NCBI GenBank assembly: GCA_030600545.1
Contig: JAUVLV010000001.1
Span: 17,268 to 81,267 of the forward strand
Direction of reading: 5' to 3'
DNA: 64,000 bases
Source: Candidatus Aegiribacteria sp.
GTDB lineage: Bacteria; Fermentibacterota; Fermentibacteria; Fermentibacterales; JCC-6
The notes under the pieces are model-generated. The model saw nothing but the letters and a program-made list of their open reading frames with translations. It searched no databases and was not told the DNA's origin. Positions 9,365-18,762 of this stretch are shown in pieces. The first letter of the stretch is position 1; each line of letters begins with the position of its first letter. Both the position numbers and the translations under genes were made by a program.

Positions 9365-10153
9365 TCATTGGTCACTCCAGATATCATTGGTGTTTTCAAA
9401 TATGGAAAGAGCGGGAACATTGTCTGGAAGGTCATCTTCCCATCTGAGTCCCACAATCAGTTTAATGGTAGTAAATAGACTGCTTCTCGTTATTCCACTT
9501 GGAGTTGTGCCGTTTATCCCTTCTCCCGCAAAGGCGCACCACCCCCTTGTATCAGGGATTTCAGAAATGGAGAACAGTACAATTCTGTATCGGGACAGAA
9601 TATCCGGAGCTGTCCAGTATTCAGCCATTTGAATTACTGAGGGTACGTCGGGAATTCTGAAGACCATAAGAATAAGATCAGGCTTGTACATGTCGAACAA
9701 CCCCAGAAGAACATCCTGACGACTGGTATTATTCAGCCATGCAGTCCCGGGGATTTCATCAAGGAGCTCTTCTGGATGCGATCTTACATTGCCGCTGCTG
9801 TCTACCCATATCTGGATATGATCCCTGTTTATCTCGTAATCGAGGCAGCTGTCACTGATGAGAGCCACAAACATATTATTTTCAAGAGCTTCGCTGACAA
9901 TCTGACTGTTTTCAGGGACCGACACATCCGAGAGGGTGTCTCGGAGATCGGGAATAAGCACTGAAGTCGACACATTGTTACGGCCCGATGAGATATCCCA
10001 GGGCAGACTGCAGGATATTCCGATATCCCTGAACTGAATGATAATAACTGGAGAGTAATCTGAAAGGGCGTTGTCAGGCTTTTCGGCGTTTCCACCACAT
10101 CCTGCTATGACAAGTAGAAGTACCAGGATAAATCGGCTCAAGGTTGCCTCCAT
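9365..10153 (-). CDS. hypothetical lipoprotein
   Basis: Signal peptide plus lipobox LLLVIAGCGG. No recognisable catalytic motif. Confidence 0.55.
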   Translation of the reverse strand: MEATLSRFILVLLLVIAGCGGNAEKPDNALSDYSPVIIIQFRDIGISCSLPWDISSGRNNVSTSVLIPDLRDTLSDVSVPENSQIVSEALENNMFVALISDSCLDYEINRDHIQIWVDSSGNVRSHPEELLDEIPGTAWLNNTSRQDVLLGLFDMYKPDLILMVFRIPDVPSVIQMAEYWTAPDILSRYRIVLFSISEIPDTRGWCAFAGEGINGTTPSGITRSSLFTTIKLIVGLRWEDDLPDNVPALSIFENTNDIWSDQ

Positions 10154-10212
10154 GATTGTTTTTCGTTTGCAGCCGGAAATATAACCAAAAGCCTCCAGAA
10201 CGTTAACTTCAA

Positions 10213-10245
10213 TAAAAAAGCAGGGACCCTGAAAAGGATCCCTGC
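10213..10245 (-). terminator. intrinsic terminator (minus strand)
   Basis: GCAGGGA...TCCCTGC hairpin. On the minus strand it is followed by TTTTTTATT (plus-strand AATAAAAAAG). Confidence 0.65.
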
Positions 10246-10263
10246 ATGAGAGGAGATCAGAAT

Positions 10264-10716
10264 TTATCTTGTGAGAACCACTTTCTGTCCGGAGATCTGA
10301 TCGTTTGCGAACAGCATGATGAAGTAGGTTCCGTTTGACAGGTTCGGTCCTTCGAACTGTACCGAGTGAGAGCCAGCCTGTATCTCATCGTCAATAAGCG
10401 TGGCAGCAATTCTTCCGCTCATATCGTAAACACATATCCTGGCATTTCCATTGGCAGGAAGGTCGAAGGTTACATAATCACCGGCCTGGATAGGATTGGA
10501 TGAGACGTTCAGGTTAAGAAGGTCGGTGTTTGAAGGGGGTCCTTCCATGCCTGTCCCAAGGCTGGTTATTTCGAAAGTGTAGTTGTGATTCATGGGATAA
10601 TTTGTCATGAATGCCGGGAAGAAAATGGCAGCGTCCCATCCATCAGCACCCACTGTAATGGTTAAATAACCTGATGTTGGGTTGCAGTCGTACCAGTTGA
10701 AGTAGAATACACTCAA
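10264..10716 (-). CDS. T9SS type-A C-terminal sorting domain protein fragment (probable gene remnant, no signal peptide)
   Basis: The C-terminal ~85 aa (ICVYDMSGRIAATL...GSHSVQFEG...GTYFIMLFAN...QKVVLTR) match the Por/T9SS CTD pattern. It has a TTG start and an in-frame TAA 6 nt upstream of the start (10723-10725). Confidence 0.6.
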   Translation of the reverse strand: MSVFYFNWYDCNPTSGYLTITVGADGWDAAIFFPAFMTNYPMNHNYTFEITSLGTGMEGPPSNTDLLNLNVSSNPIQAGDYVTFDLPANGNARICVYDMSGRIAATLIDDEIQAGSHSVQFEGPNLSNGTYFIMLFANDQISGQKVVLTR

Positions 10717-10819
10717 TACAAGTTAACGTTCATACAGTGATTCGGGTTCCCGGAGTACAATTCCGAGGTTGCACCGGATCTGCTTCATCATCATAGTCGG
10801 GCTTTGGAGGTTAATGTAA

Positions 10820-12211
10820 ATGAGAATTACTTTCTACGGGGCGGCACAGTCGGTTACCGGTTCAAAACATTTGCTGGAGGTTAACGGTAGAAGAATACTT
10901 CTGGATTGCGGTCTGCATCAGGGTCACAGAAAGGACAACGAGAAGCTGAACAGGGATATGCCCTTCAATCCGGGAGAACTCGATTCGATAATCCTTTCCC
11001 ATGCCCATATTGATCATTCGGGGAACCTTCCCGGAGCCGTGAAACACGGTTTCAGTGGTATGATAACCTGTACCTTCGCGACCAGAGACCTTGCGGCGAT
11101 AATGCTTCCCGACAGCGCACACATTCAGAAGTACGATATTCAGTATTTGAATAAGAAAAGGAAGAAGAAGGGTCTGAAGCCCCTTGAACCCCTTTACGAT
11201 GCTGAAGATGTTACGGAAACGCTCAAGCATTTCATGTCCATACCTTACAACAGATCATTCCCCCTTTTTCCCGATATCTCCCTCAGGTTTCTGGAAGCAG
11301 GACATATACTGGGTTCCGCACAGGTGGAACTCACAATAAAGGAGAAAGGAACTCAAAGAATTCTCCTTTTTTCGGGAGATCTGGGCAGACCCGGAAGGCC
11401 CATTCTGAAAGATCCTGACACAGATGCAAATGCGGATATTCTAATCATGGAAAGCACATACGGCGGCAGGAATCACGGGAAGCAGGAGGAGTCGCTGCAG
11501 AAGTTCAGCGGTATCATCAACAGAACGTTCAAATCCGGCGGTAAGCTTATAATCCCATCTTTCAGCGTAGGACGGACCCAGGAAATCCTTTACGACATCC
11601 ATGAGTTGGTGGCCCGGAATGAGATGCCCCCAATGAAAGTCTATGTGGATTCTCCTTTATCTTTTGACGCTACTGAGGTTTACAAGCTGCACCAGGAGTG
11701 TTTCGACAGCCGTATGCGGGATTACCTTTACAGCAATCAGAGTCCCTTCCAGTTTGAAGGTCTTCATTTCATACAGGGGGTCGGTGAATCCAAGGCTCTG
11801 AATTATGATTCCAGCCCCATGATTATCATATCCGCCTCAGGAATGTGCGAGAATGGAAGAATTCTTCATCATCTCAAGAATAATATCGGAGATGAAAGAA
11901 GTACTGTGCTCGTGGTCGGGTTCATGGCGATGCATACGCTGGGTCGAAAACTGGTGGAAGGTGAGAAACAGGTTAAGATATTCGGCGAGGAGTACACTGT
12001 GAACTCCCGTGTTGAAGTTATTAACGGTTTTTCAGCCCACGCTGATTCCGATGCTCTTGTTGACTACGCTGAGAAAGTCGGAAGTAATGCTGAGAGTATA
12101 TTTCTTGTTCATGGCGAGCCCGATCAGAGCGGAATACTTTCGAACAGGATTGAGGACAGGATAAATAAAATCCCAATTGTTCCCGCAAGGGGCGAAACGT
12201 ATGAACTGTGA
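10820..12211 (+). CDS. MBL-fold beta-CASP ribonuclease (RNA-metabolising metallo-beta-lactamase)
   Basis: HAHIDHSG motif, beta-CASP-type layout, GFSAHAD motif C. GGAGG RBS upstream. Confidence 0.85.
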   Translation: MRITFYGAAQSVTGSKHLLEVNGRRILLDCGLHQGHRKDNEKLNRDMPFNPGELDSIILSHAHIDHSGNLPGAVKHGFSGMITCTFATRDLAAIMLPDSAHIQKYDIQYLNKKRKKKGLKPLEPLYDAEDVTETLKHFMSIPYNRSFPLFPDISLRFLEAGHILGSAQVELTIKEKGTQRILLFSGDLGRPGRPILKDPDTDANADILIMESTYGGRNHGKQEESLQKFSGIINRTFKSGGKLIIPSFSVGRTQEILYDIHELVARNEMPPMKVYVDSPLSFDATEVYKLHQECFDSRMRDYLYSNQSPFQFEGLHFIQGVGESKALNYDSSPMIIISASGMCENGRILHHLKNNIGDERSTVLVVGFMAMHTLGRKLVEGEKQVKIFGEEYTVNSRVEVINGFSAHADSDALVDYAEKVGSNAESIFLVHGEPDQSGILSNRIEDRINKIPIVPARGETYEL

Positions 12212-12285
12212 AGTTGCGGGAACATTATTTGTACTGCACGAATACATCGACTGATAACAAGAAAACGTGAAACGCTGGAGACGAT

Positions 12286-13386
12286 ATGACCTTTTTTACC
12301 TGTATTATTTTTGCTCTTTCAGGGATTTTCACTGTTGATTACCAACCTCCGCCCGATGGAATCGGTTCGGAAATACTGCTCCTGAACACAAGATCTTTTG
12401 GTATGGGTGGAGTATGTGCAGGAGTGCCTGATAGTACGAGTTTTTCCATGCTTAATCCCGCTGCTTCCGCCTGGACCCGTGATGGAGGCGTGTGCTTCGG
12501 GGGAAGATACAGTGAAGGTGATGTAAAAGCCTGGGATAATCAACTTGGTTTCCCGATGGTATCGGCCTTTGTGCCCCTTCCCGGAGGAATTGTCATATCC
12601 GGAGCCATAGAAGGCAGAAGCAGACTTGATACTGAACTTCAGGAAGCTGTTAATGATAATTACACAGGAGAATTTACCTGGTCCGGCGGCTTCGCGGAAA
12701 CCTATACAGGCATATCCGTCAGAACCAACGACTGGCTGGCCTTTTCATTTGGAGGACGATGCTCCTTCGGAAATATACTTTCGGATATAATTCTGGTTTC
12801 AACAGACAGTATTCCTCCTATACCGGTCAATTCGGTTTACCGGGACGATGCCCGTTTCAGAATGGCATGGGGCGGTACACTCGGGGTACTTATCAACACT
12901 GACCGGTTAGGGTTGGGATTCTCAATATCAACTGACAGGAAGGGAACTCTTGACGTAGACAGGGATTTTATTTCGACCGGATTGGCGGACAGCTCCAGCA
13001 GAATGTATTCTCTTCCGGGTGAAGTATCCGCTGGAATATCTTTCAGGCCGATTGAAAGGCTTCTTATAGGTATGGATATTTACAGTAGAAAAGCTATGAA
13101 CATCCTCGACAGCCATACGGATGACGGAAGTGTATATTCAATCGGAGCTGAGATCAATGTAGAAGGTGGCATTTCGGCCCGCTGCGGATTCAGTCATATG
13201 AATGGATTATGGAGGAACGGGGCAGATACCTTCACCGCGGGTGCCGGATACAGTTTCAGCGAAGAAAGGGCCGGGATAGATATCGCCGCCGGTTATCAGT
13301 ACTGGCATGACCTTCAGGACCGCTTCCGGGAGGAAACAGTGTTATGTGTTTCATTATGGGTTACTGAGAAATGGCTGGGACGATAG
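12286..13386 (+). CDS. outer-membrane beta-barrel protein (possibly PorV/PorQ/FadL-like), paralog of 56038..57126
   Basis: Signal-like N-terminus, FGMGGV...NPAASA motif and alternating beta-strand pattern. It shares NDWL(A/T)...GG..FG with the 56-kb OMP. Confidence 0.55.
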   Translation: MTFFTCIIFALSGIFTVDYQPPPDGIGSEILLLNTRSFGMGGVCAGVPDSTSFSMLNPAASAWTRDGGVCFGGRYSEGDVKAWDNQLGFPMVSAFVPLPGGIVISGAIEGRSRLDTELQEAVNDNYTGEFTWSGGFAETYTGISVRTNDWLAFSFGGRCSFGNILSDIILVSTDSIPPIPVNSVYRDDARFRMAWGGTLGVLINTDRLGLGFSISTDRKGTLDVDRDFISTGLADSSSRMYSLPGEVSAGISFRPIERLLIGMDIYSRKAMNILDSHTDDGSVYSIGAEINVEGGISARCGFSHMNGLWRNGADTFTAGAGYSFSEERAGIDIAAGYQYWHDLQDRFREETVLCVSLWVTEKWLGR

Positions 13387-14093
13387 GTGCTTCAGAAGGA
13401 ACCGTTGCCATAGTCCCCGCCAGGTACTCTTCCACAAGACTGCCCGGAAAGCCACTGGCCGACATAGCAGGCATTCCCATGATAATCAGAGTACTTCAGG
13501 GGATAAGCGGTTCCGTTGACAGAGCAGTAGCAGCAACCGATGATAAACGTATCATGGATACCGTTGAAAACGCCGGTTTTGAGGCTGTTTACACTGGAGA
13601 AGCCATATCAGGTACTCACAGGGTCTTCGATGCCTGGAAAATGCTGGGCTTCCCCGGAGAAATCATAATAAATGTGCAGGGCGATGAACCGCTTGTTAAT
13701 GAAAACTGGATCAATTCCCTCACCGCGATACCTCCAGAAGATAATCAGGTTGTAACACTTGCCAGGGAAACACCAGCAGAACTCACCGGATCACCGGATT
13801 CGGTAAAAGTTGTCCTTAACGAAGAGCATGAAGCTCTCTATTTCTCCAGGTATCCCATCCCTCATGGTGCTGATAATCTTCTGGAACACATCGGAATTTA
13901 CTCGTTCAGTCCCGAGTCACTTAGAAACTGTGCCGCAGCGGGGAATACGCGCCTTTCCAGAGCTGAAAGGCTTGAACAGCTTGCGTGGCTTGAACGGGGA
14001 ATTCGAATCCGTGTTGTTACAGGTGAATTTTACGGAATAGGTGTTGATACTGAGAAAGATCTTAAAAGGGCGGTGGAATATTTCAGTACATGA
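13371..14093 (+). CDS. kdsB: 3-deoxy-manno-octulosonate cytidylyltransferase
   Basis: IVPARYSSTRLPGKPLADIAGIPMI and VQGDEPL motifs. Confidence 0.9.
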   Translation: MAGTIGASEGTVAIVPARYSSTRLPGKPLADIAGIPMIIRVLQGISGSVDRAVAATDDKRIMDTVENAGFEAVYTGEAISGTHRVFDAWKMLGFPGEIIINVQGDEPLVNENWINSLTAIPPEDNQVVTLARETPAELTGSPDSVKVVLNEEHEALYFSRYPIPHGADNLLEHIGIYSFSPESLRNCAAAGNTRLSRAERLEQLAWLERGIRIRVVTGEFYGIGVDTEKDLKRAVEYFST

Positions 14094-14871
14094 CAGAACT
14101 CCATTATTTATAATTGGTCCGTGCAGTCTTGAATCCAGGGAAATATCCATGAGAGTTGCCGAATTCACGGCAGAACTTCTGGGATCAATGGATCATCAAA
14201 CCGGGTGGGTTTTCAAGGGATCCTTTATGAAGGATAACCGAACCAGCCGCGATTCTTACCGGGGTCCGGGAATGGATGAGGGTTTGAGGATACTGGAAGA
14301 GGTTTCTGAATCGTTTGGTGTCAGAACCATTACCGATATTCACAATGCGCAGCAGGCAGTTCCTGTAGCCCAGGTTGTAGATGTTATACAGATCCCCGCA
14401 TTTCTGTGCCGGCAGACTTCGATTCTTGAAGCTGCAGGAGCTACGGGAAAACCTGTGAATATAAAAAAAGGTCAGTTCATGAATCCTGAAAATATGAAGG
14501 GTGCTGTAGTGAAGACTTCTGAAGCAGGATGTCCGGAAATATGGCTTACCGAAAGAGGTACCTTTTTTGGTTACGGTGATCTTGTTGTTGATTTCCGTTC
14601 ACTTTCTGTAATGAGAGGGTTCTCAGACATGGTTATTCTGGATGTAACTCATTCCCTTCAGCGCCCGGGAGCAGCCGGGGGGGAAAGCGGTGGTTATCGG
14701 GAGTACGCTCCCGCTCTTGCAAGGGCAGGTGCGGCATGGGGTGTTGACGGTCTCTTTATTGAGACGCATCCTGACCCCTCATCGGGGCTTAGTGATTCCG
14801 CGACAATGGTTGATTTCGATACTCTTGATTCCATGGTAAGGAGCGCTGTTTTTCATTGGGAAGGCCTGTAA
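14041..14871 (+). CDS. kdsA: 2-dehydro-3-deoxyphosphooctonate aldolase (KDO8P synthase)
   Basis: LFIIGPCSLES, IQIPAFLCRQT, NIKKGQF and DVTHSLQ motifs. With the GTG 14041 / TTG 14044 start it overlaps kdsB by about 50 nt. Confidence 0.9.
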   Translation: MLILRKILKGRWNISVHDRTPLFIIGPCSLESREISMRVAEFTAELLGSMDHQTGWVFKGSFMKDNRTSRDSYRGPGMDEGLRILEEVSESFGVRTITDIHNAQQAVPVAQVVDVIQIPAFLCRQTSILEAAGATGKPVNIKKGQFMNPENMKGAVVKTSEAGCPEIWLTERGTFFGYGDLVVDFRSLSVMRGFSDMVILDVTHSLQRPGAAGGESGGYREYAPALARAGAAWGVDGLFIETHPDPSSGLSDSATMVDFDTLDSMVRSAVFHWEGL

Positions 14872-15350
14872 TGCGTCTTGACGGGATAAAACTGCTGGCT
14901 CTGGATGTTGACGGAGTACTTACCGATGGTGGATTGTACTATGGTCCTGAGGGTGCTTTTCAAAAATTCAATTCAGCCGACGGAGCGGGGATAATAGAGC
15001 TCCGAAGGAGGGAGTTCCCGATTGCTCTTGTTTCCTTCAGGGATTTCCCCGCTACCAGGAGAAGGGCAGCTGACCTGGGGATAGAATTGCTGTGTCTGGG
15101 CAGCGCCGAGAAGGATGAAGCCCTCAGAAATATCTGTGGAAACATGTCAATTGACACTGAAGCCGCATTATTCATGGGTGATGGTCTTATGGACCTGCCC
15201 GCCATAAGGACTGCAGGCATAGGAGCCTGTCCTTCAAATGCTCACCTCCTCGTAAAAGCTGAATGTGATATCGTTACGAAAGCGGCCGGCGGAGAGGGAG
15301 CGGTCAGAGAGGTTGTGGATATGCTCCTTGGGAGTCTGGGAAATGGCTGA
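14871..15350 (+). CDS. kdsC: KDO 8-phosphate phosphatase (HAD family)
   Basis: LLALDVDGVLTDGGLYY and GDGLMDLP motifs. TAATG junction with kdsA (alternative TTG at 14856). Confidence 0.85.
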   Translation: MRLDGIKLLALDVDGVLTDGGLYYGPEGAFQKFNSADGAGIIELRRREFPIALVSFRDFPATRRRAADLGIELLCLGSAEKDEALRNICGNMSIDTEAALFMGDGLMDLPAIRTAGIGACPSNAHLLVKAECDIVTKAAGGEGAVREVVDMLLGSLGNG

Positions 15351-16302
15351 TCTGTACGAAGAAGCTCTGAGGGTTCTCAGTATCGAGGCGAACTGGCTCG
15401 AAGCTACAGGAAAACTTGTCGAACAGACCTTTGCACGGTCGGTGGAGATCCTTGCCGGAACCGAGGGCAAAATAGTCATTTGCGGTATGGGTAAATCCGG
15501 GCATGTGGGAAGAAAGATAGCCGCAACCATGACCAGTACGGGAAGTCCGGCGTACTTCCTTCATCCATCTGAGGGGATCCATGGAGATCTTGGAATACTT
15601 CAGAAGAACGATGTTGCCCTGGTTCTCTCCAAAAGCGGGGAAACGGAAGAGATAGCCCTGCTTCTTCCCTGTTTCATGAGATTGAAGATTCCCATTGTCG
15701 CCATAACCGGATCCGACGATTCGCTGCTGTCTCGAGCAGCTGATGTGATTCTGCCCCTTCCTGATATGAAGGAAGCCTGTCCCTACGATCTCGCGCCCAC
15801 AGCAAGCACAACCTCAATGATGGCACTGGGAGATGCACTCGCGATGGCGCTGCTTAAGATACGAGACTTTTCCTTCGATGATTTCGCGCAGGTTCATCCT
15901 GGTGGAATTCTTGGCAGGAAACTGCTCACAAGGGTAAGCGACCTGATGGTTTCCGATTCCCTTCCTGAAACAGATGAATCGGTACCCCTTGCTGAAGCGA
16001 TAGCAATGATGACGGGTCATCGAGGTGTATGTTTCTCAACTGACGATGATGGGAAGCTCAGCGGGATTTTTGTCTACGGAGACCTTGGCAGGCTTATGAA
16101 AAACAGAACCAACGTGCTTGACCTGACACTAGAAGATGTTCTTGTACGGGAACCTGCAACCTGTTTCAAGGAAGAGCTTGCGACCATTGCTGTTTCCAGA
16201 ATGGAAGAACTCGGAATAACCTGCCTTGTGGTTATAGACCATGATCGGGTACCTGTGGGTATTCTCTATCTTCACGATGCCCTCCAGGCAGGTGTGAAAT
16301 AG
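15343..16302 (+). CDS. kdsD: arabinose-5-phosphate isomerase (SIS + tandem CBS)
   Basis: GMGKSGHVGRKIAATMTSTGSPA SIS motif and C-terminal CBS pair. ATG 15343 overlaps the kdsC stop (ATGGCTGA). Confidence 0.9.
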   Translation: MADLYEEALRVLSIEANWLEATGKLVEQTFARSVEILAGTEGKIVICGMGKSGHVGRKIAATMTSTGSPAYFLHPSEGIHGDLGILQKNDVALVLSKSGETEEIALLLPCFMRLKIPIVAITGSDDSLLSRAADVILPLPDMKEACPYDLAPTASTTSMMALGDALAMALLKIRDFSFDDFAQVHPGGILGRKLLTRVSDLMVSDSLPETDESVPLAEAIAMMTGHRGVCFSTDDDGKLSGIFVYGDLGRLMKNRTNVLDLTLEDVLVREPATCFKEELATIAVSRMEELGITCLVVIDHDRVPVGILYLHDALQAGVK

Positions 16303-16309
16303 AATTGTA

Positions 16310-17221
16310 ATGGGATCCAATCTTCCATTCCGCCGATTCAGGCATTTACTGGAGCTTCCTATGGTGAAGTTACTGGTTTTAATCGGACGAATCATTCCAA
16401 GGAAACTCATCTGGGCGACTGCCTGTATTCTAGGTTCTATCGCTTCCATGATTCCCGGCAGATCCCGTAGGATATTCAATATAAATGAAAAACACATCAT
16501 CCAGCCCTGCGGTTTAAGAGTTCATCTAAGCCATGTTTACAGGTACATTATTACAGGGATGATCGACTTCATCAATCTCAATTGCAGGTCGGATGAAAAT
16601 TTTCTTCAGGTGATGGAAATTCGAGGAGAGGAACACATGAGGGCGGCACTTTCCCTTGGGAAGGGAGTAATCGCCATAACTGCGCACTACTCGGCATGGG
16701 AACTTATACCAAGAGCTATTCAGCTTGAGGGGCATAAAATAGGCATTATTACGAGAAAGCTGGCTCATGAAGGTACATCCAGGTATTTCAACAGCCTTCG
16801 GACCAGGCACGGAACAGAGCTTATTGACAGAGGAAGTGGTATTGCAAAGCTCATGCGGGTGTTGCGTGACAATACTGCTGTGGGTATCTTGATAGATCAG
16901 GATACCCTTGGAGTGGAAAGTGATTTTGTTGATTTCATGGGTCTTCCCGCAAGGACACCTGTTGGCTCGTCGCAGCTGGCTCTGAGGTTTGGAATACCCG
17001 TTCTTACACTGCATATATCCAGAAGAGAAAACGGGAAATACATGCTTGAGATCGATGAACCTCTTGACCTTTCTGCGTACGAGGGGGATAAGGGTTATAT
17101 TGAACTTACGGCTGATCTGACCGGAAGGATTGAGGAGTGGATACGTGAAGATCCCGAACAATGGATCTGGATTCATGAGCGCTGGGCTCGCCGTCCTGGT
17201 GGGGCTCCTGGCCTGCGGTAA
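16310..17221 (+). CDS. lipid A biosynthesis (Kdo)2-lipid IVA acyltransferase, LpxL/HtrB family
   Basis: AHYSAWE (HX4E-type) motif and DQD motif. Located inside the kds-lpt cluster. Confidence 0.75.
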   Translation: MGSNLPFRRFRHLLELPMVKLLVLIGRIIPRKLIWATACILGSIASMIPGRSRRIFNINEKHIIQPCGLRVHLSHVYRYIITGMIDFINLNCRSDENFLQVMEIRGEEHMRAALSLGKGVIAITAHYSAWELIPRAIQLEGHKIGIITRKLAHEGTSRYFNSLRTRHGTELIDRGSGIAKLMRVLRDNTAVGILIDQDTLGVESDFVDFMGLPARTPVGSSQLALRFGIPVLTLHISRRENGKYMLEIDEPLDLSAYEGDKGYIELTADLTGRIEEWIREDPEQWIWIHERWARRPGGAPGLR

Positions 17222-17714
17222 CTCAGATAACGCTGATATGGATCCCGATCGGGAACCGATGCAGACAGTTGAGGATTTTACACTGGTTCAGTCCCTGAAG
17301 GGTGACCGATCCTGGCGCCTTGTGAGCGAAGTAGCCGTTTATACCGAAGGTGACAGTCTGCTTCTTATCTCGGATGTTGATCTGACCTTCTTTGAAGAGG
17401 ATATTCCAACAACAATTCTGAAAGGCGACTCAGGACGTGTTGAACTGCAGACTGGCCTCATGAGAATATGGGGCGATGTCAACGCTGAAACGGATGACGG
17501 AAGGTATCTGGAAACCCAGGAGATAGTCTGGGATAATGAAATGGAAATCTTTCACACCGACTGTCTGGTTGTAATGACAATTCCGGATTCGGCAGGGGAA
17601 ACTGTGCTTTCCGGGAGAGGTGTTGATCTTGATACCGGTCTCGGAGCGGTTGAGGGCGTTGATATTGAAGAGGATTTCACAGCTGTATACTCTGGAGACC
17701 TGGAACTTGAATAA
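17175..17714 (+). CDS. lptC: LPS export protein LptC-like (lipobox instead of a plain TM anchor)
   Basis: Position immediately upstream of lptA/lptB, OstA/LptC-like beta-jellyroll pattern, N-terminus MSAGLAVLVGLLACGNS. Confidence 0.65.
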   Translation: MSAGLAVLVGLLACGNSDNADMDPDREPMQTVEDFTLVQSLKGDRSWRLVSEVAVYTEGDSLLLISDVDLTFFEEDIPTTILKGDSGRVELQTGLMRIWGDVNAETDDGRYLETQEIVWDNEMEIFHTDCLVVMTIPDSAGETVLSGRGVDLDTGLGAVEGVDIEEDFTAVYSGDLELE

Positions 17715-18762
17715 CCTGCTGCCCGTCCTCTGCTCAATTCTATTGGCCGGCACCGGTGTTTTTACAACATCAGCTGACAGGGCGGTAAGCAGGGATACGG
17801 ATACGGAAGAGATGGTGATTGACCTGATTGACAATGTAGTTGTCACCGATGGATCCGTAACTGTAACTTCCGACAGTGGAACCGTATGGCAGGAATCAGG
17901 TAACGCGGTCTTCTACAGTAATGTAACCGTTGAAGCTGATTCCCTTACAGGAACTTCTCACTACCTTGAATATCTCAAGGAAGCTGGAATGATAACTATG
18001 ACCGGCAGTGTTGTGCTTACCGATGGAGAAACGGTTCTGGAAGCCGGAGAAGTGGTCTATTTTCGGGAATCCCGTAAGGCTACAGCAAGGGAAAATGTGG
18101 TCATGACAGGCCCGAGCCTGGGCAGAGTTGAAGGACAGTATGCGCTGTACGACCGAGAAAGAGGAAGCCTTTTTATAACGGTTGATCCTGTCCTCAGAAG
18201 AGTGGAGGACGGTGACAGTCTGATTGTTATTGCTGACAGACTGGAGTTCTTTCCTGAAGATAATTCTGCGGAAGCCCAGGGCAATGCTTCGGTTTCAATG
18301 CCTGATATGGATTTCTATTCCACTTCAGAGTATTTGCGGTATTTCGGCGACGAGGACCGTTTCGAGCTTTTTGGTTCACCGGTTCTTCAGTCCGAGGACA
18401 GTGAGCTGTCCGGAGACTGGATGGAGATACTGCTGGAATCTTCGGGTGATCCCCGTTCCGTCAGGATAGAGGGGGGTGCCTCCGGTCATTTCCTTGATAC
18501 CGGTGTTGACCCTCCGGCTGAAACATGGTTCTCGTCGGAACGGGCTTTCTTCGCATTCGAGAACAATGATCCTGATTCCGTGATGCTCACAGGGTCCGCA
18601 ACACTCCGGATGAAATCCGGTGGTGAAGCTGCGTCAAGAAATGAAATGAACACCGTCAGAGGTAATACTCTGCTCATCAGTTTTGAGGATGGGGAGGCAG
18701 TGGAAGTCATCGTATCGGGCAATGTAACCGGAACGTACAGCTACCTTGGAGGTAATCCGTGA
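17707..18762 (+). CDS. lptA: LptA/OstA-family periplasmic LPS transport protein (long form, ~350 aa)
   Basis: Signal peptide after TTG 17707. Repeated OstA-like segments. It overlaps the lptB start (GTGA). Confidence 0.65.
   Translation: MNNLLPVLCSILLAGTGVFTTSADRAVSRDTDTEEMVIDLIDNVVVTDGSVTVTSDSGTVWQESGNAVFYSNVTVEADSLTGTSHYLEYLKEAGMITMTGSVVLTDGETVLEAGEVVYFRESRKATARENVVMTGPSLGRVEGQYALYDRERGSLFITVDPVLRRVEDGDSLIVIADRLEFFPEDNSAEAQGNASVSMPDMDFYSTSEYLRYFGDEDRFELFGSPVLQSEDSELSGDWMEILLESSGDPRSVRIEGGASGHFLDTGVDPPAETWFSSERAFFAFENNDPDSVMLTGSATLRMKSGGEAASRNEMNTVRGNTLLISFEDGEAVEVIVSGNVTGTYSYLGGNP

Noticed and set aside
12218-12233. Sigma-54-like element GGGAAC-N5-TTGTA upstream of the OMP/kds cluster.
   Set aside because: The -12 element has TTGT, not the conserved TTGC, and the -24 element lacks the TGGCAC context. 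I found no better GG-N10-GC site in other intergenic regions.
14041-14093. 53-nt overlap between kdsB and kdsA as a possible frameshift or fusion.
   Set aside because: Both proteins are full-length by motif content. The overlap most likely reflects an uncertain kdsA start, since only GTG/TTG candidates are available. It is not a biological anomaly I can support.
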